Below, piece after piece: positions 63,130-64,000 of a stretch of 64,000 bases of DNA. Each line of letters starts with the position of its first letter. Position 1 is the stretch's first letter. The stretch lies in IMG/VR virus record IMGVR_UViG_3300024346_000006. The stretch is one strand, 5' to 3'. Under the pieces are notes generated by a model. The model saw only the letters and a program-made list of their open reading frames with translations. It did no database searches and was not told the DNA's origin. Position numbers and translations under genes: made by a program. This DNA is from a virus (taxonomy: Duplodnaviria; Caudoviricetes).

Positions 63130-64000
63130 CAGTCATCGTCCATTTCGTCCATGATACTGTAATCATAAACAGCGTCGATGTAATCCTTTGCCTTCGTCAC
63201 TTTAGAAACTACCCACGCCTCCATTTCATATTCATTATTTTGTGGATTATCGACTTCTTCCATAAGTGCCTCTGCAAGTTCTGTGGACTTATTAGAAAGA
63301 ATGATGAGTTGTCTCAACATCATCTCCAAACTATCCTGTGCAAACTCTGCGTCTTCTATAAATAGTTCTTCTTTAATTCCTCTTGCGGCCTTTTCTGCAG
63401 AAATCCACTTTTTAGCGACAGTTTTAGTTGGTGATTTCTTTGTCCACGCTCCAATAGTTCTATATGCCCTCATAACATCTCTTTCAAAGTCTGCGCCGTC
63501 AGAGTTATCAATTACAAACATTTTTTCCTTAAATGCAGACTGAAATTTACCAATGTTTCCTTGAACACCTTTCCACATAGATTCAACTTCATTGTCTGGA
63601 AGACTTCTCGCTCTTAATCTATTTCGGTTTAATGCGGTGTCTAAATCGGTATTGACAAAAATCATTGCGGTTTCGTAACCCATCGCCTCTAACTTGTCTT
63701 TTTGTTTTTTAATTTTATCATAATCTTTTCCAGTACCATCGACAACAAGTCCAAGTCTACCCCTCATATATCCCGCCTGTTGCGCCGCAGTAAGTGCTTT
63801 TGCTTTACCTCTTACTTGTTGTCCAAGGTCAGAGAAAATATCATCTGGATTTCCTTTGTCCAGTCCCGACTTATCCAACGCCCTTTCAAATGCAGGGTCG
63901 GAGTTTACAACTCTCAATCCAAAAGAAGTAAGTGCAGTTCTACCTACAATAAAAGATTTACCAGAACCTGGCCCACCGGCGAGGAACACCGCCTTAAAGA
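63129..64000 (-). CDS. Zeta-toxin/AAA_33-like P-loop kinase, 5' end outside the window
   Basis: KAVFLAGGPGSGKS Walker A, VVNSD, LVVDGT, MIFVNT..A..RN..R.R; frame open to the window edge. Confidence 0.75.
   Translation of the reverse strand, partial: FKAVFLAGGPGSGKSFIVGRTALTSFGLRVVNSDPAFERALDKSGLDKGNPDDIFSDLGQQVRGKAKALTAAQQAGYMRGRLGLVVDGTGKDYDKIKKQKDKLEAMGYETAMIFVNTDLDTALNRNRLRARSLPDNEVESMWKGVQGNIGKFQSAFKEKMFVIDNSDGADFERDVMRAYRTIGAWTKKSPTKTVAKKWISAEKAARGIKEELFIEDAEFAQDSLEMMLRQLIILSNKSTELAEALMEEVDNPQNNEYEMEAWVVSKVTKAKDYIDAVYDYSIMDEMDDD

Noticed and set aside
1553-63543. Numerous opposite-strand or nested ORFs in the supplied track (e.g. 5570-5857, 12144-12647, 21884-22378, 24154-24600, 29402-29758, 58717-59160)
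   Set aside because: They lie antisense to or inside well-supported genes, lack RBS/promoter context and show no recognisable motifs.

Overview
This window is 64 kb of an AT-rich, T4-like myovirus genome. It most resembles the large marine T4-like phages of heterotrophic bacteria; the host cannot be determined from sequence alone. Support for the T4-like call: primase gp61, T4-type RNase H, class Ia NrdA/NrdB, ThyX, TATAAATA late promoters and many TTGACA-17-TAnnnT early promoters. Layout: (1) 1-14.8 kb is a minus-strand tract of small early genes with repeated promoter cassettes, a GNAT-like gene, an EndoVII-like nuclease, a DUF262-HNH (GmrSD-like) nuclease, a SleB-type cell wall hydrolase and IscA. 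(2) 15-21.8 kb is a compact curli-type operon: two holin-like membrane proteins, CsgF, CsgG, two curlin-repeat proteins, a FecR-domain protein and a CHASE2 class III adenylate cyclase. It is followed by a lipase, GMP reductase and a MazG-like gene. (3) 26-39.1 kb is a plus-strand late block of fibre/virion accessory proteins built from duplicated cassettes. (4) 39-53 kb holds nucleotide metabolism and replication genes plus four tRNAs (Ile2/Met CAT, Trp, Tyr, Leu). (5) 53-64 kb holds a spanin pair and a cluster of putative capsid-internal proteins. Several of these carry T4 IP-like capsid-targeting N-termini or look like polyproteins punctuated by prohead-protease-type (hydrophobic-X-E) sites. 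The two most interesting systems are the curli/FecR/cyclase trans-envelope module and the capsid-packaged polyprotein and enzyme cluster. All product calls come from motif recognition by eye; no database searches were run.
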